The position numbers and the translations under genes were made by a program. DNA of 37,678 bases, taken from IMG/VR virus record IMGVR_UViG_3300046747_000386, positions 1-37,678 of that record, one strand, 5' to 3'. Source of the stretch: a virus. The notes below the pieces were generated by a model. That model was not told the DNA's origin and ran no database searches. It worked only from the letters and a program-made list of their open reading frames with translations. Of the stretch, positions 23,883-32,362 are shown piece after piece (the stretch's first letter is position 1; each line of letters opens with the position of its first letter).

Positions 23883-24094
23883 GCCTGCAACCAGACGAAG
23901 CCGCGGCGATGGACGCCTTCCGCCAACACACCGAGCGCTGCTTTCACTGCAGCAATCGTACGGACGTGCTCGACCTCTGCGACGAGGGCCGCGAGCTCGC
24001 GCGCGTGATGTTTGCCTCTGGCGACGACGCCGCCTGGGACGACCCGAGCGACCCGCACTTCGACAGCACCGACGCGTTCGGAGAGCCCACGTGA
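23879..24094 (+). CDS. Hypothetical protein, 71 aa (contains CFHC)
   Basis: Track ORF 23864..24094; ATG at 23879 in an ATGA overlap. Confidence 0.5.
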   Translation: MSLQPDEAAAMDAFRQHTERCFHCSNRTDVLDLCDEGRELARVMFASGDDAAWDDPSDPHFDSTDAFGEPT

Positions 24095-24264
24095 ACAGCG
24101 AGCTTCCTTGTCAGCTCTGCGGCGTACTCACGCTCGAAGACTTTCTCGAGGAAGTGGGCGGGCGCCTGGTGTGTCCGGGCTGCGTGGAGAAGCTCGATGA
24201 GGAAGAGCGCGAGGAAGAGCGCGCGGACGAGTTCGACTGCAAGCAAACGGAGTATTGGCGATGA
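24091..24264 (+). CDS. Zinc-ribbon mini-protein, 57 aa (CQLC-N17-CPGC, acidic tail)
   Basis: Hand translation from the GTG at 24091 (GTGA overlap) to the TGA at 24262-64 (ATGA overlap with the nuclease gene). Below the track cutoff. Confidence 0.5.
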   Translation: MNSELPCQLCGVLTLEDFLEEVGGRLVCPGCVEKLDEEEREEERADEFDCKQTEYWR

Positions 24265-25223
24265 AGACGCACCTTCGCGTGGTCACGAACAGCGAGCGCA
24301 CCACTTTCCGCCGGTGTCAGCGTGAGCATCGCTACGCCTACGGCCTTGGCTACCGCGCGATCGAGGACGCGGAGGCGCTCCGCTTCGGCAAGCTCTGGCA
24401 CGTGGGCCTTGAAGCGTGGCACCTCGGCCTTGGTGTCGAAGCCGCCATCAGCGCGGCCACGGCGGGCGCTGTCGACGAGTACGAGGCGGCGCGCCTCCGC
24501 GTGCTCCTGCGTGGCTATGACGCGCGCTGGCGTACGCCTGAGCCGGACGTGCGCGGCGTCGAAGTCGAGTTCCGCGCACCGCTCGTGAACCCCGAGACTG
24601 GCGCACCATCGCGCACCTTCGAACACGGCGGGAAGATCGACGTGCTCCTGGCGCACGGCTTCATGGAGCACAAGACCACGAGCGAGGACATCGGCCTCGG
24701 CTCGGTGTACTGGCGTCGGCTGACGCTCGACCCCCAGGTCTCGACCTACTACGCGGGCGCGCGCGCCCTGGGCGTCGAGCCCGAGCGGTGCATCTATGAC
24801 GTCGTGCGTAAGCCCGCCCTGCGCCCACTTCGAGCCACGCCCGAAGAGAACAGGAAGTACACGAAGGACGGCCGCCTCTACGCCAACCAGCGCGCTGAGG
24901 ACGAGACCGCGGCGGAGTACGAGCTCCGGCTCGCGGAGGACATCTGCGAAAGTCCCGATCGCTACTATCAGCGCGGAGAAATCGTGCGCCTCGAGGCCGA
25001 CGAGCGCGAAGCGCAGCAGGACGCGTGGCAGCTGACGCGCGTGATGCGCGAGGGCGAGCTCGCGGAGCGCTGGCCGAGAAACCCCGACAGCTGTCAACGC
25101 TTCGGGCGCGTGTGCGCCTACTTCGACGTGTGTTGCGGCACCGCGTCCCTGGACGACCCGGCGCAGTTCACGAAGGTCGACAACGTGCACCAAGAGCTAT
25201 CCGCGGAACAAGCCGCGGAGTGA
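24261..25223 (+). CDS. PD-(D/E)XK exonuclease, Cas4/RecB-like with 4-Cys cluster, 320 aa
   Basis: ORF track 24255..25223. GKIDVLLAHGFMEHKTT (D...E-x-K), N-terminal Cys in FRRCQREH, and C-terminal CQRFGRVCAYFDVCC. Confidence 0.7.
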   Translation: MKTHLRVVTNSERTTFRRCQREHRYAYGLGYRAIEDAEALRFGKLWHVGLEAWHLGLGVEAAISAATAGAVDEYEAARLRVLLRGYDARWRTPEPDVRGVEVEFRAPLVNPETGAPSRTFEHGGKIDVLLAHGFMEHKTTSEDIGLGSVYWRRLTLDPQVSTYYAGARALGVEPERCIYDVVRKPALRPLRATPEENRKYTKDGRLYANQRAEDETAAEYELRLAEDICESPDRYYQRGEIVRLEADEREAQQDAWQLTRVMREGELAERWPRNPDSCQRFGRVCAYFDVCCGTASLDDPAQFTKVDNVHQELSAEQAAE

Positions 25224-25255
25224 ACCGACAGAAGCCCGAACGAGGTGGGCGAACC

Positions 25256-26206
25256 ATGCAACCAGTAGTAAAGCAAGCACAGCAGTCTCAACCCAACAGG
25301 CTCTTACGCGTCGTGCGCGGAAAGCTCACCGCACCTCTGCGGCTCGTCCTCTACTCCACCGACGGCCTCGGCAAGTCGACCTTCGCGTCGAACGCGCCGG
25401 CGCCGATCTTCATCGGCGCCGAAGACGGTACAGCGCAGCTCGACGTCGCGCGCATGCCGGACGTCGCAACGTGGGACGACATCCTCGAGTCGGTCGAGGA
25501 GCTCGCCACCACCGAGCACGGCTTTCAGACGCTCGTGCTCGACACGGCCGATTGGGCAGAGCCCTTGTGCTGGGCGCACGTCGCCAAGGCCGCCAAGAAA
25601 GAGAACATCGAGGACCTGGCGTACGGCAAGGGCTACGCGGCCGCGCTCGACCAGTGGCGCGTGCTCTTGTCGAAGATGGAGCGCGCCCGCGCCCGCGGCA
25701 TGCACATCATCATCCTGGCGCACAGCATCATCCGCACGTTTAAGAATCCCGTGCAGGAAGTCGGGGATTTTGACCGCTGGGAGATGAAGCTCCACACGAA
25801 AGCGTCGGGCCTTCTGCGCGAGTGGGCGGACGTCGTGCTGTTCGGCAGCTACGAGACCTTCACGGTCACCGACGACAAGAAGCGCACGCGCGGCATCAGC
25901 ACCGGCGCGCGCCTCGTGCACACCGAGCGCACGGCGGCGTACGACGCGAAGAACCGGCACGCGCTGCCGCCGACGCTGCCCCTCGACTGGGAAGCGTTCG
26001 CAGGCGCTGTCGCCGCCCACCAGCCCGCCAGCCCCGCGAAGCTCCGCGAGCGCATCGCCGCGCTCCTCGAGAACGCGCCCGAAGAACTGCGTGTACGCGT
26101 GAACGCAGCAGTGGCGAAAGCGGGCGACGACGCGGCACTACTCGCCCGCATCGAGAACAAGCTCTCAGCAGAAGCCAACATCCAAGCGCAGGAGACAGCG
26201 AAATGA
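25256..26206 (+). CDS. AAA_24 / Sak4-like RecA-family recombination ATPase, 316 aa
   Basis: Track ORF 25025..26206 trimmed to the ATG at 25256 (GGTGG SD). Walker A LVLYSTDGLGKST, Walker B-like TLVLDTADW. Confidence 0.7.
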   Translation: MQPVVKQAQQSQPNRLLRVVRGKLTAPLRLVLYSTDGLGKSTFASNAPAPIFIGAEDGTAQLDVARMPDVATWDDILESVEELATTEHGFQTLVLDTADWAEPLCWAHVAKAAKKENIEDLAYGKGYAAALDQWRVLLSKMERARARGMHIIILAHSIIRTFKNPVQEVGDFDRWEMKLHTKASGLLREWADVVLFGSYETFTVTDDKKRTRGISTGARLVHTERTAAYDAKNRHALPPTLPLDWEAFAGAVAAHQPASPAKLRERIAALLENAPEELRVRVNAAVAKAGDDAALLARIENKLSAEANIQAQETAK

Positions 26207-26718
26207 AAGTCCAGGGCAGGGCTCGTGAATGGGCACTCGGTCTCAGCAGCAAGAACACCGAGCAGATCGCAGTGCTGTTCGATTACGTCGACGTGCACGG
26301 CGAGCCGCAGACGATTACGTGGTTCGGCTACTTCTCCGAGGCCGCGTGCGACCGCACGCTCGAAGCGCTCCGCTATTGCGGCTGGGAGGGCGACGACTTC
26401 GGCCAGCTCGACGGCCTCGACCGGAACGAGGTCGAGCTCGAGCTCGAGCACGAGACCTACGAGGGCAAGGAGCGCCTCAAGGTGAGGTGGGTCAACCGGC
26501 TCTCGAGCCTTGCGCTCAAGGCGCCGATGGACGCCGGCCAGATTGCATCCTTCGCCGCGCGCATGCGCGGCAAGGCCATCGCCAGCAAGCAGAAGATGGC
26601 CGCCGCGACGCCTCGTACGCAGCAGCCGGCACGCGCGCCAGCGAGCGCCACGCGCCCGGCCGGCGGCTTCGATCCCGGTCCTAGCGCGCCCTACAGCGAC
26701 GAGGACTCGCCGTACTGA
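26203..26718 (+). CDS. SSB-like protein (DUF669-like by context), 171 aa with acidic C-terminal tip DEDSPY
   Basis: Track ORF 25822..26718 trimmed to the ATG at 26203 (ATGA overlap). Position after a Sak4-type ATPase, and an SSB-style tail. Confidence 0.45.
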   Translation: MKVQGRAREWALGLSSKNTEQIAVLFDYVDVHGEPQTITWFGYFSEAACDRTLEALRYCGWEGDDFGQLDGLDRNEVELELEHETYEGKERLKVRWVNRLSSLALKAPMDAGQIASFAARMRGKAIASKQKMAAATPRTQQPARAPASATRPAGGFDPGPSAPYSDEDSPY

Positions 26719-26801
26719 CGAGCACTCCCAGCGCACGCAAGAGCTTCGCGCGGGGTCGAGCCCGCGGTGCGCGCCAAGCGACAACGAACAAGGAGAGCGA
26801 G

Positions 26802-27401
26802 ATGCCGACCGGATACACGCACGACATCCCCAAGGGGATCAGCTTCAAGACGTTCGCCCTCAACTGCGCGCGACATTTCGGTGCGTGCATCACGCTGCGC
26901 GACGAGCCGGGCGGCGGAGAGCACATCCCCGAGCGCTTCGAGCCGAGCGACTACAACGCGAAGGCGTTGGAGAAAGCTCGCGCCGAGTTCGAGCGCGTCT
27001 CCGCCATGACCGACGACGAATGCTTGCTCGCGCACGTGGCCGAGTGGGACGAAGCAGAGCACCACCGTCTCGAGCGGCTGGAGAAGACTCTCGCGACGCG
27101 CGAGGCGTACGGGGCGATGCTGGCGCAGGCCAAGGCGTGGGAGCCGCCAAGCGCTGGGCACGCGGGGCTCAAGGCGTTCATGATCCAACAGATCGAGGAG
27201 AGCGCCCGCTTCGACTGCGACACCAGTTACTACGACAACCCGGAGCCGAAGCTGAGCGGCACCGAGTGGCGAGATAAGACCGTAACGCGGGTGCTGCGCG
27301 ATATCGCCTACCACGAGCGTGAGCACGCGGCCGAGGTCGAGCGCACGAACGGGCGCACAGCCTGGGTGCAGGCGTTGCGCGCGGCATTGCCAGCGGATTG
27401 A
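26802..27401 (+). CDS. Hypothetical protein, 199 aa
   Basis: ORF track; AAGGAGAG SD upstream. Confidence 0.6.
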   Translation: MPTGYTHDIPKGISFKTFALNCARHFGACITLRDEPGGGEHIPERFEPSDYNAKALEKARAEFERVSAMTDDECLLAHVAEWDEAEHHRLERLEKTLATREAYGAMLAQAKAWEPPSAGHAGLKAFMIQQIEESARFDCDTSYYDNPEPKLSGTEWRDKTVTRVLRDIAYHEREHAAEVERTNGRTAWVQALRAALPAD

Positions 27402-27428
27402 AGCGCGCCAAGCGAAAGGACGAGGACG

Positions 27429-27797
27429 ATGGACGGGCTGACGCGAGACGAGCTGCGAAGACTCGAGGTGCTGTGCATGTTCGGCGAGATTGCTGACGAA
27501 CAGCGCTCGCGTGTGTCGATCGCCATCTACGGTCGCCACTTGAAGGAGCAGGAGCAGGCCCGCCAGCTCTATGGGCTGACGAAGCAGCAAGACCCGGCGA
27601 GGCACCGGGCGATGCTGCAGCGCACGAAGCGCAACACACTCGCTCGCTACTACTCGATGAGCCCCGAGCAGCGCTCAGCGTTCAATCGCGAGAACTACCT
27701 CAAGGCAAAGGCGAGCCCCGCTCGTAGCGCGAAGCGACGCAAGACTGCTCGCCGTGCACAAGCGGCCTATCGGGCCCGGCAGACGGGGAAGGAGTAG
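27429..27797 (+). CDS. Hypothetical basic protein, 122 aa
   Basis: ORF track. Confidence 0.55.
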   Translation: MDGLTRDELRRLEVLCMFGEIADEQRSRVSIAIYGRHLKEQEQARQLYGLTKQQDPARHRAMLQRTKRNTLARYYSMSPEQRSAFNRENYLKAKASPARSAKRRKTARRAQAAYRARQTGKE

Positions 27798-27799
27798 CT

Positions 27800-28069
27800 A
27801 TGGGAGCTGCAGAAAAGTTCGTGGTCCTGAGCGCAGACGAGCTGGAGGCGCTGCTCGAGCGTGCTGCGCGGCGAGCCATCTCGGCACGCGCCGCTGACGT
27901 CAACGAGCCCGAGTTTCTCACCACTGCGCAGGTCGCCAAGCTGCTGCAGACGACGCCGCGAAACGTCCGCTACTTGGCCACTGGAGACGGGCTCCCCTCG
28001 ATGCGCGTGGGCACGGACTACCGGTTCAAGCGCTCGGCCGTGCTCGCTTACATGGAACGAAAGAAGTAG
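27800..28069 (+). CDS. xis: Excisionase-family HTH (HTH_17/MerR-like) protein, 89 aa
   Basis: ORF track. FLTTAQVAKLLQTTPRNVRYLATGDGLPSMRVGTDYRFKRSAV. Directly upstream of int. Confidence 0.7.
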   Translation: MGAAEKFVVLSADELEALLERAARRAISARAADVNEPEFLTTAQVAKLLQTTPRNVRYLATGDGLPSMRVGTDYRFKRSAVLAYMERKK

Positions 28070-28071
28070 CT

Positions 28072-29289
28072 GTGGGCATCTACAATCGCGCCCCGCTTGG
28101 CAGCCCGCCCAACTGGTGGATCTCCTACACGCTGCCGAAAGAGCTCGCCAAGCGCTTCTCGGTGAAGCGCCTGCAGCGCGATCCCGCGGGCAGCGACCGG
28201 CGCGAAGCCGAGCGTCTGCACTCGCGTCGCCGCAAGCAGGCCAAAGACGGCACGTGGCGCCCCTCGAGCAAAGCGTCGGCAAGCTCGACGCTGGAGGCCT
28301 ACGGGGAGCGCTGGATCGCGGGGCGAGAGAAGAGCGGCGTCCGAGGCGTGCGCGACGAGGCCCAGCGGCTCCGCGACTTCGTCTACCCCGTGCTCGGCAA
28401 TAGGCCGATGGAGGACGTGTCCCAGTCGCGCGCGGACATCAAGGCGCTCGTGAGCGGCCTTGGTGATGTGGTCTCGGAGCGCACGAAGCGGCCGCTGGCC
28501 CCTCGCACGCAGCGGCACGTCTACAACACGCTGCGCGCCATGTTCGCGGACGCGGTGGCTGACGGGGTCGTGCTCGTGAACCCGTGCACCCTGCGCGCGA
28601 AGCGTGGCGAGCTGCCGAAGAAGAAAGACGCAAACCCGCGCTGGCGCTCGGGCGCGGTGTTCACGCGCGAAGAGATCGAGGGCCTCATCAGCGATCTGCG
28701 CATCCCCGAGCTCCGGCGCGTCCTGTACGCGCTCACGTTCTTGGGCGGCATGCGCATCGGCGAAGCCGTCGCGCGTCAGTGGCGTGACTACGACCCGGTT
28801 TGCGAGCCGCTCGGCCGGCTGGTGATCGCCACGCAGCACGACGAAGACGAGCTCAAGACCGAGCAGCCCCGCGAGATGCCCGTGCACCCCACCCTCGCCC
28901 GCGTCCTGGCCGAATGGAAGCTGCGCTACCCGGTGGTGTGCGCGCAGACGCCCTCGCCCGATGCGCACATAGTTCCGAACCGCGCCAAGACGCGCGCTGC
29001 GCACCTTCCGATCTGCGGCAAGTTCGCGTGGAGGAACCTTCAGAGCGACCTGACGACGCTCGGCCTCCGGCGAAGGCGCGTGCACGACATTCGCCGCACG
29101 TTCATCTCGCTGGCGCTGGCGGACGGGGCCGACAAGTACCTGCTCAAGTTCACCACGCATGGGCGCCCGAAAGAGGACGCCTTCGACGACTACGCCACCC
29201 CGCCGTGGGAGACGCTCTGCGCGCAGGTGGCCAAGCTCAAGATTCGGGTTCGGCGGGGCACTGTGACCTCGCTAAGGAGAGAGGCGTGA
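28072..29289 (+). CDS. int: Tyrosine integrase, 405 aa
   Basis: ORF track; GTG start. LTFLGGMRIGEAVARQWRDYD (catalytic Arg box), VHDIRRTFISLA (H-x-x-R), and a C-terminal HG...Y region. Confidence 0.85.
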   Translation: MGIYNRAPLGSPPNWWISYTLPKELAKRFSVKRLQRDPAGSDRREAERLHSRRRKQAKDGTWRPSSKASASSTLEAYGERWIAGREKSGVRGVRDEAQRLRDFVYPVLGNRPMEDVSQSRADIKALVSGLGDVVSERTKRPLAPRTQRHVYNTLRAMFADAVADGVVLVNPCTLRAKRGELPKKKDANPRWRSGAVFTREEIEGLISDLRIPELRRVLYALTFLGGMRIGEAVARQWRDYDPVCEPLGRLVIATQHDEDELKTEQPREMPVHPTLARVLAEWKLRYPVVCAQTPSPDAHIVPNRAKTRAAHLPICGKFAWRNLQSDLTTLGLRRRRVHDIRRTFISLALADGADKYLLKFTTHGRPKEDAFDDYATPPWETLCAQVAKLKIRVRRGTVTSLRREA

Positions 29290-29558
29290 CCTTCCCCTAC
29301 TGCCAGGCTTGCAACGAGGAGAACTACGACGGCTGTGAGTCTCGTGGCGACGACCCCTGCCCGAAGTGCGGCAGGGTCAACCGGCACGCTTGCCCGACGT
29401 GGCACAGCGGACAGCACGACTACTGCAGCGGCTGCGCCGGCTACCCGTTCTGCGGGTGCCCTACCGGGCACACTGGCGAGTGCTCGCGCGCCGGCACTGC
29501 ACACGGCGCTACACAGGTCGCGGAAACGTCTTCTAAAAGACCACAAAACAAGGGGTGA
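29286..29558 (+). CDS. Candidate Cys-rich metal-binding protein, 90 aa (12 Cys; CQAC, CPKC, CSGC)
   Basis: GTG at 29286 in a GTGA overlap with the int stop. Third codon positions are GC-rich over the first ~65 codons. It is the tail of track ORF 28800..29558, whose upstream part overlaps int out of frame. Confidence 0.45.
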   Translation: MTFPYCQACNEENYDGCESRGDDPCPKCGRVNRHACPTWHSGQHDYCSGCAGYPFCGCPTGHTGECSRAGTAHGATQVAETSSKRPQNKG

Positions 29559-29829
29559 GCGCTGTGCGAGGAACAGGACTTGAAGCCGTACACCATGCAG
29601 GTATTTACGGGAAATACGCAACATCCGAGGGAAGACTGACGCGCCTACTGGGGCGTGCTTTTCCCGCGAAATCTGCGCTCTCGGCCCGACGCTTCACGCG
29701 CTGTGAAGCGGCGTCGCCCTACGTACGCCGAAGGCCTAGGTCGCTAGCCGCAACCACGCGCAACCACGCCGCAAATCGGTTTGCTCGCGCGCGGAAGCTG
29801 CATCGATCCACCTTTGTGGGGGTGCTGTC
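29559..29829. other. Largest non-coding gap; candidate attP / post-int regulatory region
   Basis: No credible ORF. AT-rich hairpin GTATTTacgggAAATAC 29601-17, interrupted 13-bp hairpin 29687-29716, and tandem GCAACCACGC x2 at 29750-69. Lies downstream of int. Confidence 0.4.
29750..29769. repeat. Tandem 10-bp direct repeat GCAACCACGC x2 (plus partial CGCAA)
   Basis: Read directly. Confidence 0.85.
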
Positions 29830-30183
29830 GTGACCCGCTGGTTCCGAAGGCTGCTCCTACGCATCGCGTTGGGCGAGGGGCAGTACCAGTACATGGTGCG
29901 CACGCTCAACCAAGACGCGCGCACTCCCGTTGCCCGCGACGTCGACGTGGTGGTGCGCAAGGACGGCATCGAGCGGCGCGTCGAGGCCGACTGGCTGAAG
30001 CCGATCGCGAAGCTCGTCAAGGGGCTGAGTGGGCCGCTCGAATCGCGCAACGCCTGGGAGCGCCTGCTGCGGCGCGTCCTGAGGTGGGACCGCAACTGGC
30101 GACTGGTGTGGTTCAACCTGCGGCATCGCTCGCTGCCACGCAGTCAGGCCTCGACCAAGTCCAACGAGGCGCCTCGTGCCTGA
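29830..30183 (+). CDS. Hypothetical protein, 117 aa
   Basis: ORF track; GTG start after GGGGG. Confidence 0.5.
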   Translation: MTRWFRRLLLRIALGEGQYQYMVRTLNQDARTPVARDVDVVVRKDGIERRVEADWLKPIAKLVKGLSGPLESRNAWERLLRRVLRWDRNWRLVWFNLRHRSLPRSQASTKSNEAPRA

Positions 30184-30403
30184 CGCAACCCGCGACGAAG
30201 CCATCGCCTGGTCCCGCGCGCACGCTCGCGACGGCTTCTGGCACAAGGCACTGATGAAGTTCCCGCCGCCCGACGGCTGGGCATGGTGCGGCGACCGCGC
30301 GCCGTATCACCTCGCGTGGATCGCGTTCTGCGATCCGACCGACTACGCCGACATCAACGAGAGCGACATCGCCGCCCACCCCACCCCCGAGGCAAAGCCA
30401 TGA
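30176..30403 (+). CDS. Hypothetical Trp-rich protein, 75 aa
   Basis: ORF track; GTG start with an 8-nt overlap. Confidence 0.5.
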   Translation: MPDATRDEAIAWSRAHARDGFWHKALMKFPPPDGWAWCGDRAPYHLAWIAFCDPTDYADINESDIAAHPTPEAKP

Positions 30404-30549
30404 GCAGGTACAAGCTGCGAGTCGAGTACATCACCGAAGTCGAAGCCGACGACCTAGCCGAGGCTTGCTGCATGGCGGAGGACGAGTTGCCTGCGGATGC
30501 GGACGAGATCTGCGTGCAGCTCGAGCGGAAGGTCGAGGTGTCGCCATGA
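30400..30549 (+). CDS. Candidate acidic protein, 49 aa (MSRYKLRVEYITEVEADDLAEACCMAEDELPADADEICVQLERKVEVSP)
   Basis: Tail of track ORF 30283..30549; ATGA overlaps at both ends. Confidence 0.45.
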   Translation: MSRYKLRVEYITEVEADDLAEACCMAEDELPADADEICVQLERKVEVSP

Positions 30550-31058
30550 CCACGCCCAAACCGCGTCTCACGCCCGAGCGTGAAGCAACCGTGCGCCGCT
30601 GCCTCGACCTGCACACAGCGAAGATGCCCGAACGCCACCAAATCGCTGCGATGCTGCTGGCTGAGCTCGACGCGGTGCGAGCCGAACGCGATCAACTCCT
30701 GCGCGAATGGGAAGACGGCATCGCAGACAACGACGACTGTATGGAAGAGTCGATGACCGGAGAGCTGCGCAAGCCCCATAGACAGCTCATCGCGGAAGCG
30801 AAGGAGCGTGCCATCGCCGCAGCCGAGGCGCGCGCCACTGAGCGGGAGCGGGCGGCTGTTATTGCGCACGCGCGCGCTTGCTCAGCGAGCGTAGAGCAGC
30901 TCTTGAAAGAACTGGGCAACGTGGCCAGCGAGTCGACGCGTGAGGCGTGCCGCGTGCAAATCGAACAACTCGAGCTTTTCGCCTGCGAAGTCGAGCGCGC
31001 CGAGCACGTCAACGCCAGCGACGACGTGCCCACGAGCGGGCTGAAGGGTGGTGGGTGA
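30546..31058 (+). CDS. Ea22-like coiled-coil protein, 170 aa
   Basis: Track ORF 30465..31058 trimmed to the ATG at 30546. It shares an N-terminal EREA-N22-LLAE[LI]D..RAE module with the 361-aa protein. Confidence 0.55.
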   Translation: MTTPKPRLTPEREATVRRCLDLHTAKMPERHQIAAMLLAELDAVRAERDQLLREWEDGIADNDDCMEESMTGELRKPHRQLIAEAKERAIAAAEARATERERAAVIAHARACSASVEQLLKELGNVASESTREACRVQIEQLELFACEVERAEHVNASDDVPTSGLKGGG

Positions 31059-31059
31059 C

Positions 31060-31284
31060 ATGGCTTGGTGGAACCCCACTACAGACGAGGACCTAGCCGA
31101 GGAGGCTCGAGTCATGGCGGACATCGAAGCGCTCGCGGCGCTGCGTTCACACCCAAACTTCCAAGACGTAGTCGACTGGATCGACCGCGCGGCTGGGATG
31201 TGGGTCGGCCATCCACGCTACCAGGGCGCAACAGAGGCCGGTGAGATGCTGCTCAAGCTACTGCGCGGAGGCGACCATGGATGA
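31060..31284 (+). CDS. Hypothetical protein, 74 aa
   Basis: Track ORF 31048..31284; ATG at 31060 just after the upstream stop. Confidence 0.5.
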   Translation: MAWWNPTTDEDLAEEARVMADIEALAALRSHPNFQDVVDWIDRAAGMWVGHPRYQGATEAGEMLLKLLRGGDHG

Positions 31285-32362
31285 GGCGAAGGTGCTCAGT
31301 GCTGAGCGTGAGGCGGAGATCCGCATGGCAGACGCGTGCGCTGGCGGCACTCCGCTGGCCGCGAACAAGGACCGACGCGTGCTACTCGCCGAGATCGACC
31401 GCTTGCGCGCCGAGCAGCCCGCCACGCAGGCGCCGGTGCCGACGAGGGAGGAGCTGATGGACGATTTGTCCGCGTTCTGCGAGACGTACCCGAACCCCAG
31501 CCGAGACGACCTCGTGGAATGGGCCCGCGCCCTCCTCGCCAAGCGCAGCCCCGAGTCCGCGCAGGCGGTGGACGCGCTAGAGCGCAAGGCGCAGAACATA
31601 CGAGAGATCCTGAACGAGCAGATTGACGAGCTTCGCAAGCAACTCGATGCCGCGAACAGGGAGCGCTCCGACGCGGTCAGGTACCTCGCCACGGCGCAGG
31701 AGCGGATTCGCGAGCTGGAGGCGGAGCTGTGCGCCTGGGTCCGCGAGACAGGCTGCGAGTCGTACGCGGCAGCTGGTGACTGCGTGCGCTCTCAAGAGCA
31801 GCGCGTGCGCGACCTCGAGACAGCCAACCGCAGCTTGGCAGATTCGCAGGCAATCTACTCGCGAGACCTGGCAGCGGAGCGCGAGGCGCACGAGAATACG
31901 CAAGCCGGCTTGAATCAGGCCCGGCTCGGATTCGACGCTGAGTGCTCGGCACGACAACGTGCCGAGGCCCAGCTCCAGCAGCTCCGGGAGGCGTGCGAGC
32001 GCGTCAATCGTGATGACCAGGTGTCGACACTGCCGGGCCAAGGCGGCGGCAGCCTGTTCCTTCACGGGCAAGGCTCGCTCGCCCGTCAGCTGCTGGCAAT
32101 GCTCGACAGCGCCCCACCCCAGCAGCCGGCCGAGGTCGACGTGACCGCGTGGGCCGCAAAGCTCGCAGCCGACTCAGTCGCGCTGGGGGACATCGAAACG
32201 CAGGCCATGGCGCAGCAGCCGGCCGAGGTGGCGAAGCCTGAAGCGCCAGCATCGCAGCGGGAGCTGGCGGCGAGGGTGGAGCGCATCGAGAGGGCGTTGC
32301 GCGTCATGCTGCGTGAACGGTGGACTGTCGAGCTGCGCGGCCTAATGGGCGACTCGCCCTAG
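31277..32362 (+). CDS. Ea22-like long coiled-coil protein, 361 aa
   Basis: Track ORF 31241..32362 trimmed to the ATG at 31277. Heptad-like charged sequence. Confidence 0.6.
   Translation: MDEAKVLSAEREAEIRMADACAGGTPLAANKDRRVLLAEIDRLRAEQPATQAPVPTREELMDDLSAFCETYPNPSRDDLVEWARALLAKRSPESAQAVDALERKAQNIREILNEQIDELRKQLDAANRERSDAVRYLATAQERIRELEAELCAWVRETGCESYAAAGDCVRSQEQRVRDLETANRSLADSQAIYSRDLAAEREAHENTQAGLNQARLGFDAECSARQRAEAQLQQLREACERVNRDDQVSTLPGQGGGSLFLHGQGSLARQLLAMLDSAPPQQPAEVDVTAWAAKLAADSVALGDIETQAMAQQPAEVAKPEAPASQRELAARVERIERALRVMLRERWTVELRGLMGDSP

Noticed and set aside
29573-29592. aggacttgaagccg resembles the reverse complement of a tRNA T-loop (GGTTCAAGTCC-like), suggesting a tRNA fragment or attP core
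   Set aside because: I could not pair a 5-bp T-stem around it, nor find acceptor or anticodon arms. By eye it is not a tRNA. It remains only a weak hint for the attP search.
29687-29716. Hairpin CGACGCTTCAC...GTGAAGCGGCGTCG considered as an intrinsic terminator of the int operon
   Set aside because: No U-tract follows on either strand. It is kept only as a possible protein-binding or RNA-processing structure.
29555-29833. 92-aa plus-strand ORF filling the int-downstream gap
   Set aside because: Arg-rich junk-like translation, with no SD or coupling. It spans the hairpins and tandem repeats, which read better as non-coding.
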